From positions 672,344-736,343 of the forward strand of contig CAJINV010000013.1 of the NCBI GenBank assembly GCA_905178155.1: 64,000 bases of DNA, given 5' to 3'. Origin of the DNA: Amoebophrya sp. A120 (Eukaryota > Protista > Dinoflagellata). Position 1 is the stretch's first letter, and each line of letters begins with the position of its first letter. Both the position numbers and the translations under genes were made by a program. This document shows positions 32,897 to 44,702 of the stretch, in pieces. Below the pieces are notes generated by a model. It ran no database searches. It saw nothing but the letters and a program-made list of their open reading frames with translations, and was not told the origin of the DNA.

Positions 32897-34081
32897 ATGG
32901 GCCAAGAGGCGAAATTGACGGAGAAGTTGTCCAGCGCGCAGGACTGGCGCGTCTGGCATCGCGGAGTCACGAACGAGGTTTCTCGCCTCGGACTCCAGGA
33001 GTATTGGGATAATCGTCTTGCTGGTAACCCTCCGGGGATTCCGCAGGCGAACAATACTGCCAATAATGCGACCCGGGAGAAGTGGCGCGACCTGAAGGAT
33101 GCCATCTACAAGTCATGCACCGGGTCCGTGTCCACGTGGGTCAACAGTCAGCACTACATCAACGACGACGCTGCGCAACTGTTCATGCGTATTCGTGATG
33201 TTGGTCGCTTCAATGTTGCCTCCCGTGACCAGCAGCACATCAAGACGTCCTCGATCGACGCCATGCATTTCGACAACCGAGACGCGCCGAAGGATGCTCC
33301 GACGTTCCTGGCCCAGATCCACGACTTGATGGAGATGGCGCCGAGTGTCTACGTCCCGGAGCCCGGGCGTCCGATTGAAGATCAGCATGTGAAGAACATT
33401 CTGGACAAGTTGCCCAAGATGTTTGCGTCGGCCTTCCGCCAGACCATCGACCGCTGCGTGGACGAGTCCGATCACATCACCTTGCAGGAGATCGGGAACC
33501 GTCTCGAGAAGAAGCTCGCGCAGCTGGTCAAGGAGGGGTCCTACAAGATTGAGAACCCGTCCTTCGGCAAGGCCTTCCCGGTCGTCGAGGAGAAGTCGAA
33601 GAAGAACAAGAAGGGGAATAAGCGTCAGAAAAATGACGATGATGATGAGGAGCCGGACTCCGCTGATGATGGTCAAAATGCTTCTTCTGGCAAGGTGTTC
33701 TCGGCGAAAGCCTTGAAACGCATGAAAGCCAAATTACGCAAGCAGACCGAAGCGAGTGTCTTGGCTGCCCATGGCCTGCCCCCGAAGCCTAACGCTAAGG
33801 GTGGAAGTGGCCAGAAAGGTGGTAAGACTGGTCGGAACCAGAGCACTCCCTACAACACTGTGACCAAACCCAAATGCTGGATCTGTGGCAAGGAAAACCA
33901 TAAGGCGGACCGTTGCCGCTGGAATCCTAACAATCAAGGGAAAGGTCAGTGGGGTGGTGTCTGGGGAAACCAGCAGCCGCAGTGGTGTCCGCCGGTGAAC
34001 CAGAACCAGATGAACAACCAGAATCAAGGGCAGGGAGCCGGTGGAAAGCAGGGCGGTTGGGTCTGGCAAGGACCAGCCTGA
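32897..34081 (+). CDS. gag: Retrotransposon Gag with CCHC zinc knuckle
   Basis: Intact ORF directly after the 5' LTR; CWICGKENHKADRC = CX2CX4HX4C. Confidence 0.88.
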   Translation: MGQEAKLTEKLSSAQDWRVWHRGVTNEVSRLGLQEYWDNRLAGNPPGIPQANNTANNATREKWRDLKDAIYKSCTGSVSTWVNSQHYINDDAAQLFMRIRDVGRFNVASRDQQHIKTSSIDAMHFDNRDAPKDAPTFLAQIHDLMEMAPSVYVPEPGRPIEDQHVKNILDKLPKMFASAFRQTIDRCVDESDHITLQEIGNRLEKKLAQLVKEGSYKIENPSFGKAFPVVEEKSKKNKKGNKRQKNDDDDEEPDSADDGQNASSGKVFSAKALKRMKAKLRKQTEASVLAAHGLPPKPNAKGGSGQKGGKTGRNQSTPYNTVTKPKCWICGKENHKADRCRWNPNNQGKGQWGGVWGNQQPQWCPPVNQNQMNNQNQGQGAGGKQGGWVWQGPA

Positions 34082-37000
34082 CAAGATGAAGGAGGTGTTT
34101 ATATCTCGGAGCATGGTAGTTGTGCGCTGGACTTCGAGAATTTAGAGGAGTTTGATGTAGATTCTTCTAGCTGTTTTACTGCACAGACCAGGGACGAAGT
34201 GAGCTTGGTCGATTCATGTGCAAGCAAGTACTTATCTAGACTGACACAAGTCGGATTTTATCGACATCTCGAGCAACGTCTGTCGAATCAACGGCACGGC
34301 CGGGGCTCGTGATGGTTTTGTAGGAAAACTGAAGGAAAACGCTCTAGGTTTGCCCTATGGCGTCTACTTTAAACATCTACCAAGAGATATTGGGCGTGTT
34401 CTTCCGTGGCTCGGTGAGGACAATCTCAGTGATCGTGGGTGGGATCTGAACTACAACAGCTCTGGCGGTTCCTTGGTCAACAGGGAAACCGGTCAGATGC
34501 TACCAATCAAGAACCACGAGAGGTTGGCCCTCCCAGTCCTTGGGTGTGATCTTTTCGCGATGGGCCTCCGGGGCCAGACGACTAGAGACACCGCGGAGGA
34601 TATTGCATGCATTGCAATAGAAGAGAGTATTGCTAGCTGTCATCTTACGCGTCTAGAAACTAGAACAACATAGAAGATTCGGACGCTTTCATGTAGATGG
34701 TCTTAGTGTCCAGTGTCCTGAATGCGACAAAGCGAAAGGCGCGAGAAGCTGGCTCTCACGCAAAAGAGCGAGACACTAGTAATCACAAACCTGAGCCATT
34801 GAAACTACTAGCGATGGACTTCGCGGTAGGTATTAAACCTGTATCGATTCGGTCACGCGCCTGCGTGCTTGTGGTCATCTGTGATGCCATCAAGAAGTGT
34901 TTCTGTGTCCCTCTCAAGCTGAAAAGTGACTGCGTTGAGGTTTTGGGAGAGTTGATCAAAGGCATTCGCCAGAGCTACGCTTTGACCCTCGAGGACAAAG
35001 CGGCATTGTTCGTCCGTAGGGACAATGAGCCAGTTCTGGGCAGTGAGTCCATGACCAAGGTCATGCAATCGCTGCGGGTCGGTGATGCTCCTACGGTTCC
35101 CTACAACCCAGAGCAGAACGGAACCTGCGAACGCTTTACGCGGACCATATTCGGCACTGTGCGTGCGATGTTGGTGAACGTGGGCAAGCGTCTGTGGTGT
35201 TACTCGGTCGAGTACGCTGCAGCATGCTGGGACCGCCTTCCGCATAAGTATAGTAAAATGCCTGAGTACGACGGAAAGACTCCTGCAGAAATTCTGGATG
35301 AGAGAACTGGAGGAAACAGCTCCAAAGTTGGCACAAGGATGCTAAGGCGTTTCGGTTGTCTCGTTTATTTTCGTGAACAAGTCAAGAAAGGCGAAGTCCA
35401 TGAAGCTCCTGGGGGGGGAGTAGAAGTGGTTGCTCCAAAGCTGTCCGCGCCATTTCGTCGTGGTGTAAGTATTTCTCGGCCTTTGTCCTAAGTCTTCGGG
35501 CTGGCGGGTTGGGACGTACGTCACGGACGGCCGGTCCGCCGCGGGACATCGTTGGATGGAGTATTCTACCATCGACGTCAAGTTCCGTGAGGAGTACCTC
35601 GTGAAGAATACCGAAGACCTAGTTCCTAACTCGAAAGGTATCTATGTCGAGTGTGACGCAATCGAGGCCCTACCTAGTGGAGCGTCGTGCGCGCCATCTC
35701 TCCCGTGTGTCGGTCTGATCAAAAGGGCTGAGCACCGGCTGGGGGCGGATGCCTCGAAGCACACTGGTAGGCAGTCCGACGGTCCTGAAGAGACGTTGGT
35801 GGTTGAAAGTCTGGATAGGGAAGATGATCCGGGCCAGATACATCCCGAGCCTGAAGGTGTTAAACCTGAGGAGGGGAATCTGGACGATCACCCCACTCAC
35901 AGCAGCCTATCTAGTCCAAGAAAGACGAGTCCGTCTCCGGCGCGGATTGTGGCTGGCAACCGCAACTCCAAGCCGCGAGGTCGTGGCCGTCCCAAGGGGA
36001 GAAAGGACAAGAGAAAGCGCGTGAGACGTACCAAGAAAGAGCTCGCAGAATTGAGAAAAGACGCTAGCGCGTTTGCCGCAGCAATAGCAGCACAGGATGA
36101 TCGAGAGGAAGGTGAGGAATTCCTCGACGCCCAGTGTTGCTTGACTACATCGGCCAAGTTGGATCCCGCTCGCTGCAAAGACTCAGTCGAATGGAACGCA
36201 GCAACCAACAAGGAAGATTGTAGACGTGAAGCCTATAAAGTGTGGGAGCCAGCTACTGACGAGGAGCTAGCGACCGCAAGACAGGTTTTGCCTATTGTTA
36301 TACTTCTTGCCGAAAAGCGCGACGGTACGAAGAAAGCGCGAGCAGTAGTACTCGGTAATCTAGATCGTTCGGGCGAGCTGGACACTTTCGCTCCTGTAGT
36401 GTCCCATGCCGCTAACAGGTTACTTCTAGCCGCTGCAGCCGCAGACGGTGATGATGTAATCCCGTTCGACCTTGATAGTGCGTTTCTCAATGCCTTACTT
36501 GATCGCGACGTCTTCTGCCGCTTGCCACCCATCTGGGCGAAGAAGCACGGCGAGGAGATCGTCAAGCTCAAGAAAGCGCTTTACGGCTTGAAAGACGCCC
36601 CCAGGCTCTGGCATAAGAAGTATGAGGAAGCACTGACCAAGCTAGGTTGGGAACCTTGTCCCTCTGCGCCAGGTCTGTGGAAGAAACCGAGCTTGGAGCA
36701 CCCTGGGAAGTTTCTGAGGTTGGCAGTGTATGTCGACGATAATCTTATCACAGGTCCTCCGACTGGGTCCGAGTTGGCTGGAGAACTTGCGGAGATCTTG
36801 CACCACGTAAAGGGGCGCACGATCGACGTCGAGCTTGTTCCGGAGTTTAACTCTGTGTCCAAGAAGTTTGACTTCCTAGGGTCAATAGTGTACTACAACT
36901 GGAATCTACGAACCGTTAGGGTCGTGATGTCAGAGTACATATCCAAGATTTGTAAGAAATTCCACGTCTCAGAAGCGGGCAAGCCGGTCCACTCGCCAAA

Positions 37001-37922
37001 CTTCGATGAGTCTGAACTCGCTAAAGAAGTTGAAGGAGCTAAAGTTGTTGAAGGTTTTCCCCTTCGAGAGGTCGCTGGCTCTCTGCAGTGGGCTGCAACC
37101 ACTTGCAGGGTAGACATTGTTGCCCCGGTTGCCACTGTCGCCAGATACGTTGGCAAGCCGGCGACTCGGCCTGTCGTAAACGCCTGTAAGAAGATTCTGC
37201 AGTATCTATTGACAACGAAGGAGCAGGGTCTGTCGTATAGTCCGGAAATTGAGGAGGAATTCAACAGAATCTACAGCAAGCTACTGCCCGAAGGGAGAGA
37301 CTTGCTCGATGTGAATCTGTTTTCGGATGCTAGTTTTGCGAACTGTTGCAAGACCATGCGAAGCACTAGTGGTAGCATTATGTACTTCCGCGGCTTCCGG
37401 ATCTGTTGGCGTAGCAACCGGCAGACCGTGAGAGCGTACTCCACAGCGGAGGCGGAGTATATAGCTGCCTCCGACACTATTGCGCTGAGCGAGCAGAATG
37501 ACTTTACGGAATTCTTCAAACCTCTACCCACTGTAATGGTGGAGAAGCAGAATGGCTTATCTCCCTCCTTGGGTGATGCCATATTGTGGATCGACAACCA
37601 GTCCGCGATAACTACAGCTAAGAGCACAGACAACAAACCGAAATCGAGGCACTACGCACTGCGATATCTCCGCGCGAGAGACGCAGCGAGTCAGTTCATG
37701 CTCTGCCCGACCTACCTGATGAAGGCAGACGGTCTCACGAAGCTCGAGCGTAGTTTGCCGCAGAGACGCTTACTCTTGCACCATATTGATAACCCCGACC
37801 CTAAGGCTTTTACTTGTGACTCCTCTGACGATGAGGATGATTTAGAGACTTTTATAGAGGGGAATCATAAGAAGGGCAGGGCTAAAGTAGGCTATACTTA
37901 CTCGATTTGCTTTGGTTTCTAG
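34082..37922 (+). pseudogene. pol: copia Pol (protease, integrase, RT, RNase H) split by several frameshifts
   Basis: PR LVDSCAS (~34205-34225); pre-integrase HRRFG..CPEC; IN AMDF/RRDNEP/QNGTCER; RT ALYGLKDAPRLW and YVDD; RH FSDASFA/STAEAEY/IDNQSAI. Spread over several frames (ORFs 34350, 34697, 35556). Confidence 0.88.
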
Positions 37923-37994
37923 ATACATAGGCACAGCGCTCAGGAGGGGAGTGTGGTAGGATTGCTCCAGGTTAGCACCACCGCCGCAGCGATT

Positions 37995-38003
37995 GAGGAG
38001 GGG
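37995..38003 (+). promoter_or_regulatory. Polypurine tract
   Basis: GAGGAGGGG immediately 5' of the 3' LTR. Confidence 0.7.
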
Positions 38004-38524
38004 CGTTGGTCATGGAAATCGATCCCGCACACACGTAACACGATCGCCCCAAATGACGCCTGTTCTCAATGAAATGACACTTCTGAATAGCCTGAACTAG
38101 CTAGATCCTTAGGGAAATGGTCAGGATCTATCTAGATCCTAGAGGAATCTCTTCACCATGTTCCGCGAATCCCCCAAATACTACGAAGGCAAAGCCGTCA
38201 GGATCGTAGTGAAATGAATGGACTCAGCTCGGTCCAGACGTTCATAATGGTCGCCCTGGGGGACTTGACTCCCGCCAGGGTCGAGCACCAAGGCGAGAGG
38301 GTTGAGGGATGGACTCCCATGCTGTTTTGCCGCTTGACTCTGAACCCGATTGGTCCATATGAATCTGATGAATTTGGATGAATTGAACCTACAGGATGAA
38401 ACGCAGCAAGAGACTTGCGTCACTTGCTTGCTTACTTGCAATTGAGAGAATTGAAGCTGTTGATAACGAGCTCAGTGGAGCAAGCGTGTGTAAGTGTGTG
38501 TGAGTGTTCTCAAGTCCACGAACA
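38004..38524 (+). repeat. 3' LTR
   Basis: Direct repeat of the 5' LTR; starts CGTTGG (T>C), ends AACA, followed by the TSD. Confidence 0.94.
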
Positions 38525-38572
38525 ATAAACGTATCCGCGCAAAAATTATAACCGACAAAACAAAAATCAAAA

Positions 38573-40765
38573 ATGTTGCGCGTTCTGAGTGTACTGAAGA
38601 TGTTGTCGTCAACACCGTCACTCGCCGGCTTCTTAGTCCTGCACCTGCTGCAGGCACCAGCTCCGTTGGGTGCGATCGCCTCTGGTCGTGCAGCTTCTGG
38701 TGGAGTAGCCGAACCCGTCTCTTTGAGAGATCTGTTCGATCTTAGACAAAGACTGCGCGAAAGGCTTCTTAAAGATCAACGGCAAGCGCAAGCTGCGTCG
38801 GCGAAGCAGCCCGCGCGCAGTTCTCCGGGACCTGAATCTGAATCTGGTGCGTGGTTCATGTCGAGCTTGAACCTGCAGCCACCAAGTAAAAGAAAAAGTA
38901 TAGGAACACCACCAACTCCCTCGACAGCTCCGTCGCCTGTCACTGGACCGGCACCAGATAGAGATATGCTTCCCCAAGGAGGAGAAAAGCCGGAGCCGAT
39001 TGAAGCATTGCAGAAGTCCTCCGAGTGCGAGTCAGGGACAAAGTCTTCCTCCAAAAAAGATGGCGGCCACGACGTTAAACTTCTCCACCCTAAGCCCACG
39101 ACCCACTTCGCTTGGAAGAAGAGGAATGGCAGGACCAGAAGAGGAACAGGCGGCAGGCCGAAGTTCGGCCACTCTGCGTGCTCGGAATCTGGATCTGAAT
39201 CTGGATCCACTTCGGACAGCGCGGAGTCATCTTCTGGCGGGACCTCGTCGGGTCATATGAGCTCGTGTGACGAGGTGCCGGCGCCGCGGCTGGAGGGACG
39301 ATCTTCTGCTTCTGGGAATAATTACCAGGGGCCGGCGCCGAAGGACAACCCACACATGATCTCTAAACATGTTCCGGTTTATTTTGCCTCGCACGTCAGC
39401 GAGAACAACGAGCCTTCAAAATCTGATCCTCGGAATGCCCGACTCGGCCCCGCTGGAACAGCGAATATGCTGAGAGACATGATATTGCTTTCTCACCCCG
39501 TCCCCGTGCAAGACCGGCTCCTGTCAGAAAGTCACTTCCTGACAGCATCTTCCACTTTAAGTGGAAGAGACAACTCTGGTGACCCGAGGAATGCGGGGCT
39601 TGGACCCCAAGGAACCCAGGCAATGCTCCATTTCTATAAGACGATCTCGGGAACTGGAAGAGAAGCTGGATCCGCTGCCGCTGCTGGTTCCGCTCAAGAA
39701 GATGCACGAGCGGCCGCGCCTCCGAAGGCTGCGGGAAAAGGAACGCAAGCACCGGGAGCGAAAAAGCAACCCCATTCGTCTTACAACGCAGAGTTTTGCG
39801 TGTATTACCATCTTCTAGCACATGATGTCGGCCAGCAGACTCAGAGAGCAGCGATGGTCTCTGAGACCTTCGTTGAGCAACCGGAAGTAGAAGTAGCCGG
39901 TTTATTCGACGCACCGACACTGCATCTTCCTGGCAGGAGTTCGAGTGGAGAACAAGTCGTGGACGAGGAGCTTTTCAACACACACCTCTACCAGCCGTTG
40001 ATACGCGCGGCCAGGCGGGTGTATGATCATTGTCTGAACCGCAACAGCAACTGCAAGGCGCGTGTGCGCGATAGCGACAGTAAGGCAGATTCACGTCACT
40101 GGCAGGCCTCGAAAACTTACGCGGTGAAGAAGCAGAAGATGCAGAATTTTTTCCGCATAAACGTCGCCGCACCGGATGCGGCTACTTTCCAAAGCGCGGT
40201 GTTGCGGATGACACAAGAGCTTCGAGATATAATTGCGCCACCAGCAGGGAACAAGATAATTCGCCTTAGGACATATAACGTACGACTGAACTTGCCACGG
40301 AGCGAGTTCTTAGCCGACTCCGCTTTCTGTTGGGATGGCGACCAGAATCCGCTGCATGCTTTGGTTTTGGAATGGGTGTTTCCAACTAAACTTGTCCGCG
40401 AAACGGGAGCCTGGTCTCGCGCGGGTTCGGAACCCCTGCGAAAGTTGATTCGCACGTTCGAGTTGGGCAGCAAACCAGCTACCTTAGTGCTCCATGATGC
40501 GAGATCCGAGGATCCCAGCATGATGCGAGCGGGCGGCCCACGACAGACTGCACGTGGGAGCGACCGCGGTGGAGGAGCCGCTGGCACTATTCCTCCACAA
40601 CGAGGGGCGCCAGCACCGGCACCCCGCCACGAAGTATTTACGTACCTGTGCGAGATGTGGCCGACGCCGGGCAACATGACGTGCGCGAGCCGGCCGGGAT
40701 ACATCAAGGTAGGGATTCAATTTAATGAGGCAGTACGTGTCGCTGATCAACACCTGTTCCTGTAA
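38573..40765 (+). CDS. Hypothetical intronless 730-aa protein, possibly secreted
   Basis: Long ORF with a hydrophobic N-terminus, disordered middle, duplicated DPRNAxLGPxGTxxML motif and a globular-looking C-terminal half; family not recognised. Confidence 0.7.
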   Translation: MLRVLSVLKMLSSTPSLAGFLVLHLLQAPAPLGAIASGRAASGGVAEPVSLRDLFDLRQRLRERLLKDQRQAQAASAKQPARSSPGPESESGAWFMSSLNLQPPSKRKSIGTPPTPSTAPSPVTGPAPDRDMLPQGGEKPEPIEALQKSSECESGTKSSSKKDGGHDVKLLHPKPTTHFAWKKRNGRTRRGTGGRPKFGHSACSESGSESGSTSDSAESSSGGTSSGHMSSCDEVPAPRLEGRSSASGNNYQGPAPKDNPHMISKHVPVYFASHVSENNEPSKSDPRNARLGPAGTANMLRDMILLSHPVPVQDRLLSESHFLTASSTLSGRDNSGDPRNAGLGPQGTQAMLHFYKTISGTGREAGSAAAAGSAQEDARAAAPPKAAGKGTQAPGAKKQPHSSYNAEFCVYYHLLAHDVGQQTQRAAMVSETFVEQPEVEVAGLFDAPTLHLPGRSSSGEQVVDEELFNTHLYQPLIRAARRVYDHCLNRNSNCKARVRDSDSKADSRHWQASKTYAVKKQKMQNFFRINVAAPDAATFQSAVLRMTQELRDIIAPPAGNKIIRLRTYNVRLNLPRSEFLADSAFCWDGDQNPLHALVLEWVFPTKLVRETGAWSRAGSEPLRKLIRTFELGSKPATLVLHDARSEDPSMMRAGGPRQTARGSDRGGGAAGTIPPQRGAPAPAPRHEVFTYLCEMWPTPGNMTCASRPGYIKVGIQFNEAVRVADQHLFL

Positions 40766-42441
40766 AAAAGTATAGGGACGAGAAGGACCACCGCAGGAAG
40801 AAGCTAAACAATGTCGGGATGAAAAAGTTAGCCGCGCTGGGTAGCCACAGAAGAAAATGCCGTTCGGAGTTCATTGGTCATACTTTTACTTGGACAAACA
40901 TCTGCTTCTCCTTCCTAAGGTTGCGGTGTGCAGACGATTTCCTGCAAGTAAAAATTTCAGTCGTGAGCGCGCGCTAGATCTTCAATTTTAAGATGAAGAT
41001 CTAGCTCAGGGTTCAGAGCCTTCTTTAGAAATCTGTCTATCTTTCGTGATTATTGAAATTTTCGCAGACGAAACCAGTGCACCTGTATTCTTGCGATCCT
41101 GTTTTCTAGTACGACGATCGTTGCTCCTCTGCAGTTTGTAAATCAGTGTATCTGGTACTGGTGGAGATACAACGACAAGGAGTGCTGGCTCTTTACCTGT
41201 GATGTTAGAAGTCTACTAGCAGGGTAATTCTAGTAGTTCTACCGTATTTATTCGGGAGACACCGAAACAAGGAGAGTTGTTACTATATCTATTTCATCTC
41301 TGAGTGGTTTGTGCTTTTTAAGCATTCTATATTTTTCAGGAAGAAGCTGAAGTAGACGCCAGCTCGCAAGTGCAACAATATTTATTGGGGTGAAAGCGAA
41401 ATCCCCCCTATACCTCAAGCGTTTTGGTTTATTTACTCCCCTGCCTTAGGCCGGCTCGCGCGAGGACGCTGGCACATTCTTCAAAGAAAGAGCCGCGTTC
41501 GCGCAGCTTGCTTCAACAAGAAAGCGCTATTGTTACTACGTACTTGTACTTGGACTATTAGCTCTGTTTTCTGATTGCCTTTGTTTTGAGAGTTTTACCC
41601 GTGTACAGGAGCTACAGTTCTTGTACCTGTCCATCAGATTAAGAACGTAGCAGGATTGACGAAGAACAAATTCCGGTCTTGTGGTTCTGAATTACTGGCA
41701 TTTTGTTCCTGTGTGTTTCGTCTTCGGGACGAAGCAAGGTAGTGAAATTTCTATTATCACTTCATCTGCTAGTATTGGACTGATTTTTCAGAAAGGCAAA
41801 AGCAAAACAGAGTGATATCAAACAAAACCGAGTCTATGCAAGTCAAATTTTTATGCGCATTCATTCCTATGGGTATTTGAAAACGGAACAAAGGCTCGCA
41901 AATGATAGGAATTTGAACTCATCATGTGCAAAAAAAAAAAGAACGACTGGAAAAAAGCTGAGAAAAAACCAAAAATTTTTCCAACATATCTGATGCAAGT
42001 CAAGGAGGTTGATTGAGAGCAATTTCCGCTCCAGGGGCCAATAGCTGCCAATGATGCAAGAAGTGCTACTGTTGCACGACCAGCGCGGGAATCTGTGAAC
42101 CAACTGGCAGGATTGGTGCGATTCATAATTGTTAGCTCCTTGCGCCTCTTGGTGCTCAAAATGCGAAGGGCGTGAGAACCCGATGAAGTCGGACAGAGAG
42201 TAAAGGATGATGTCTAAGAGAGAGTTTCCTGATCTGGCTTGACATCAATCTCGGTTGAGAACAAAGTCTTCAGAAGAAGGCAACCCTTCGTGTTACTTAT
42301 CGTTTTCATTGATGGTACTAACTGCAAGGAGTTCATCAAACGTAAACGATCCAGAAGCAGGACGATGAATGGCCTTTAGTAGTGGCTACTAGCGGGTTCT
42401 GAGTTGGTCTCACTTGAACTTGTAAGCAGGACATCAAAATC

Positions 42442-43497
42442 ATGTTTCGAGCAACCAACAAAAGAATAGTTTCGGCTGCAGCCGAGCAGGGGAACAGTAT
42501 TGACTATCATGTTGGCGAGTTCAACGCAAATGCTGACGGCGACCGGGAATTTATTTCTGCAGAGCATCATTATATTGACCCGCGGCAACAGCAACCAATC
42601 TCTTCAGTGTCTGCCGGAGGTACGACGATGCCCGACCAAGCAGGTGGTCACCATTCGCCGACCACAGCGGCATTTTCTGACCCTGCAACATTAAAACACG
42701 ACGCGGCGAACTCGCTTCTCCAGACTTACCTTCGGCAATGGAAGCAGTACGCTTTCCCCGTGGGCTTGCCGCAGGACATTTTTACCAGTCAGTGCGCGAA
42801 TGTGCAGGACTGCCAAGACTGGAACTCGTTGCAGTACCAGTGCCAGACGCACCAGCAGATGGCGGGGCTTTTGGCTGCCTTCGCGTTCGCGGCCCTGGTT
42901 GGGGAAACCGAGACGAACTACGAGCGCGTCATGTCCGGACGGGAAGTGCTTTTCGAAGCGGATAGGAAGACGGTGGAGATACTGGACCAAGTTCGCATCG
43001 GCTTGGTCGTTCTTGCCATGTGCTGCCAGATCCGCGCCTTCCTCGGGTTCGTCTACGTGGACTGCTGGCTTTGCAGCTCCGCTTGCCGCAAATTTTACTT
43101 GGCGTTCTGCGGCATTGTGACCAAGGAGTGCGGGGCGTTTCACTTTGGCCTGTACTTCCTCCTCTACTCCGTGCCGCTCTACGTTTTCAAGTTTTTCGGG
43201 TTTTCGGTCGTGTTTTTCCTCTCCTGCCCCATGGTGATTTACGCCGTAGTGACCAGCACCCAGGTGGCCATTTTATGTGGGGGAATTCAAAACATCGCGA
43301 ATCACGCGGAACTCGGCTTGTACGAGAACCTCCGCGGGCCGAAGGCGTCGTGGTCCGCAGCCACGGTCTTCGACTGTTTTTTCAAGGACCCTTTGCTACC
43401 GAATACCATGCCGAAAGAAGTCCTCGCAGAGAGAGAAAAGCGGGGCAGAAACTGGAAACGGAATGCCTGGAAAACTACAACAACCTCAACGGGCTAG
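42442..43497 (+). CDS. Hypothetical multi-pass (about 4 TM) membrane protein, 351 aa
   Basis: Intronless ORF with hydrophobic segments MAGLLAAFAFAALV, IGLVVLAMCCQIRAFLGFVYV, FHFGLYFLLYSVPLYVF, SVVFFLSCPMVIYAVV. Confidence 0.75.
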   Translation: MFRATNKRIVSAAAEQGNSIDYHVGEFNANADGDREFISAEHHYIDPRQQQPISSVSAGGTTMPDQAGGHHSPTTAAFSDPATLKHDAANSLLQTYLRQWKQYAFPVGLPQDIFTSQCANVQDCQDWNSLQYQCQTHQQMAGLLAAFAFAALVGETETNYERVMSGREVLFEADRKTVEILDQVRIGLVVLAMCCQIRAFLGFVYVDCWLCSSACRKFYLAFCGIVTKECGAFHFGLYFLLYSVPLYVFKFFGFSVVFFLSCPMVIYAVVTSTQVAILCGGIQNIANHAELGLYENLRGPKASWSAATVFDCFFKDPLLPNTMPKEVLAEREKRGRNWKRNAWKTTTTSTG

Positions 43498-44702
43498 ACT
43501 AGTACAAATGCCTGTCTGTTCTTGGTGTGTATTCAACCAAGCTGTTGAAGTAGGAATTCATAAGAATTTGTTGCTGTCTCGCCATCCAAGCAAGTGAAAG
43601 TGTAACCGCAGGAGCAGGACCAGACCGCAGTATTTGTAGGATAGTATGAATATGATGAAGGTGAAGGTGTAGAAGACGAAAACAAGCAATAGGAACTTTT
43701 CGTTTCGGTATCCGTGGTGGTGAGAATTTGAAGATGAGCCCCTTCAGCATGTAAAGTGCGAGCGCGCTGTCGGAAGATCCAGCGTGCAAGTGGGTGGTAA
43801 CAATTTTTCTAGCGGATAGATCATAGTTTGTCTTTCTTGTGATCTATCAGTCAGCAGCTAAAACTGTAGTTCACGATCGCGCTCGCGGTACTGCAATCGG
43901 AAAAAAAAACATCGATTTTCTTCTTCTGTTTTATCGGTACACCGTCACCATGAATGGTCATGGTGCCTCTTCTAGTTCTAGCTACTCTGTCTTGAAATTT
44001 GCAATAGATGACACCTCCAATGGCATGATTTGCGTTGTGAGCAATTTCGGTTTGAGCCAATACTTAGCCGCTATTAATATCTCGGTTTTCGTGCTGTACT
44101 CGCAACCACGTTGCTGCTTGAATGCAGCGAAACTTTATTCGGTTCTGATATGCTCCATGCAACATCCACCATGCGTGGAAATCGGTACTTTCGTACAAGA
44201 ACAGCATCAGGACAAGAACGCAACGACTGACCTGCTTAGAAGTCCTTGCATATTATAGTACGTCGTTCATGTTTTTCGTGTCCAATCGTCCGCACCTGCT
44301 CCGTGTTGTAGTGTCGTACATGAAGAAGAAAAGGTCGCGCGGCGAGGAGCCCAAGGCATCGTTCGTTTCTTGCTTCCTTGTGCCTGTGCGTGGTCGTTTG
44401 GTTCTCGTTGTTTGAGCTTCAGCTTCGAACCGGTTGAGACTTATGAAGATATGTGATACTCCTGCACAGGACCTCATCTACTTCATGTTACCCCATTATT
44501 TTTCTTTACGTCTCTTTTGCATACGTATTTTGCATTTTGTCTTATGGAGCTCTAGAAGAATTCACAATGTATTCCCCTGAACCTTCACTAGTCGACATCA
44601 TGCAGCCAGACCCTGGCTAGCATCTGCCCAACATCTTCAACAATCTCTCCCCTCCACCTCCTCAAGGACAAATCACTAACAAGGTTCGCCCGACTGCTGG
44701 AT

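Larger units (their letters stand above)
32315..38524 (+). mobile_element. Ty1/copia LTR retrotransposon, full length, pol frameshifted
   Basis: TGTT...AACA outer ends, TSD ATAAA (32310-32314, 38525-38529), 521-bp LTRs, domain order gag-PR-IN-RT-RH, polypurine tract before the 3' LTR. Confidence 0.96.

Noticed and set aside
32480-38441. Short ORFs duplicated at 32492-32752 and 38181-38441
   Set aside because: They lie inside the LTRs and carry no coding signature.
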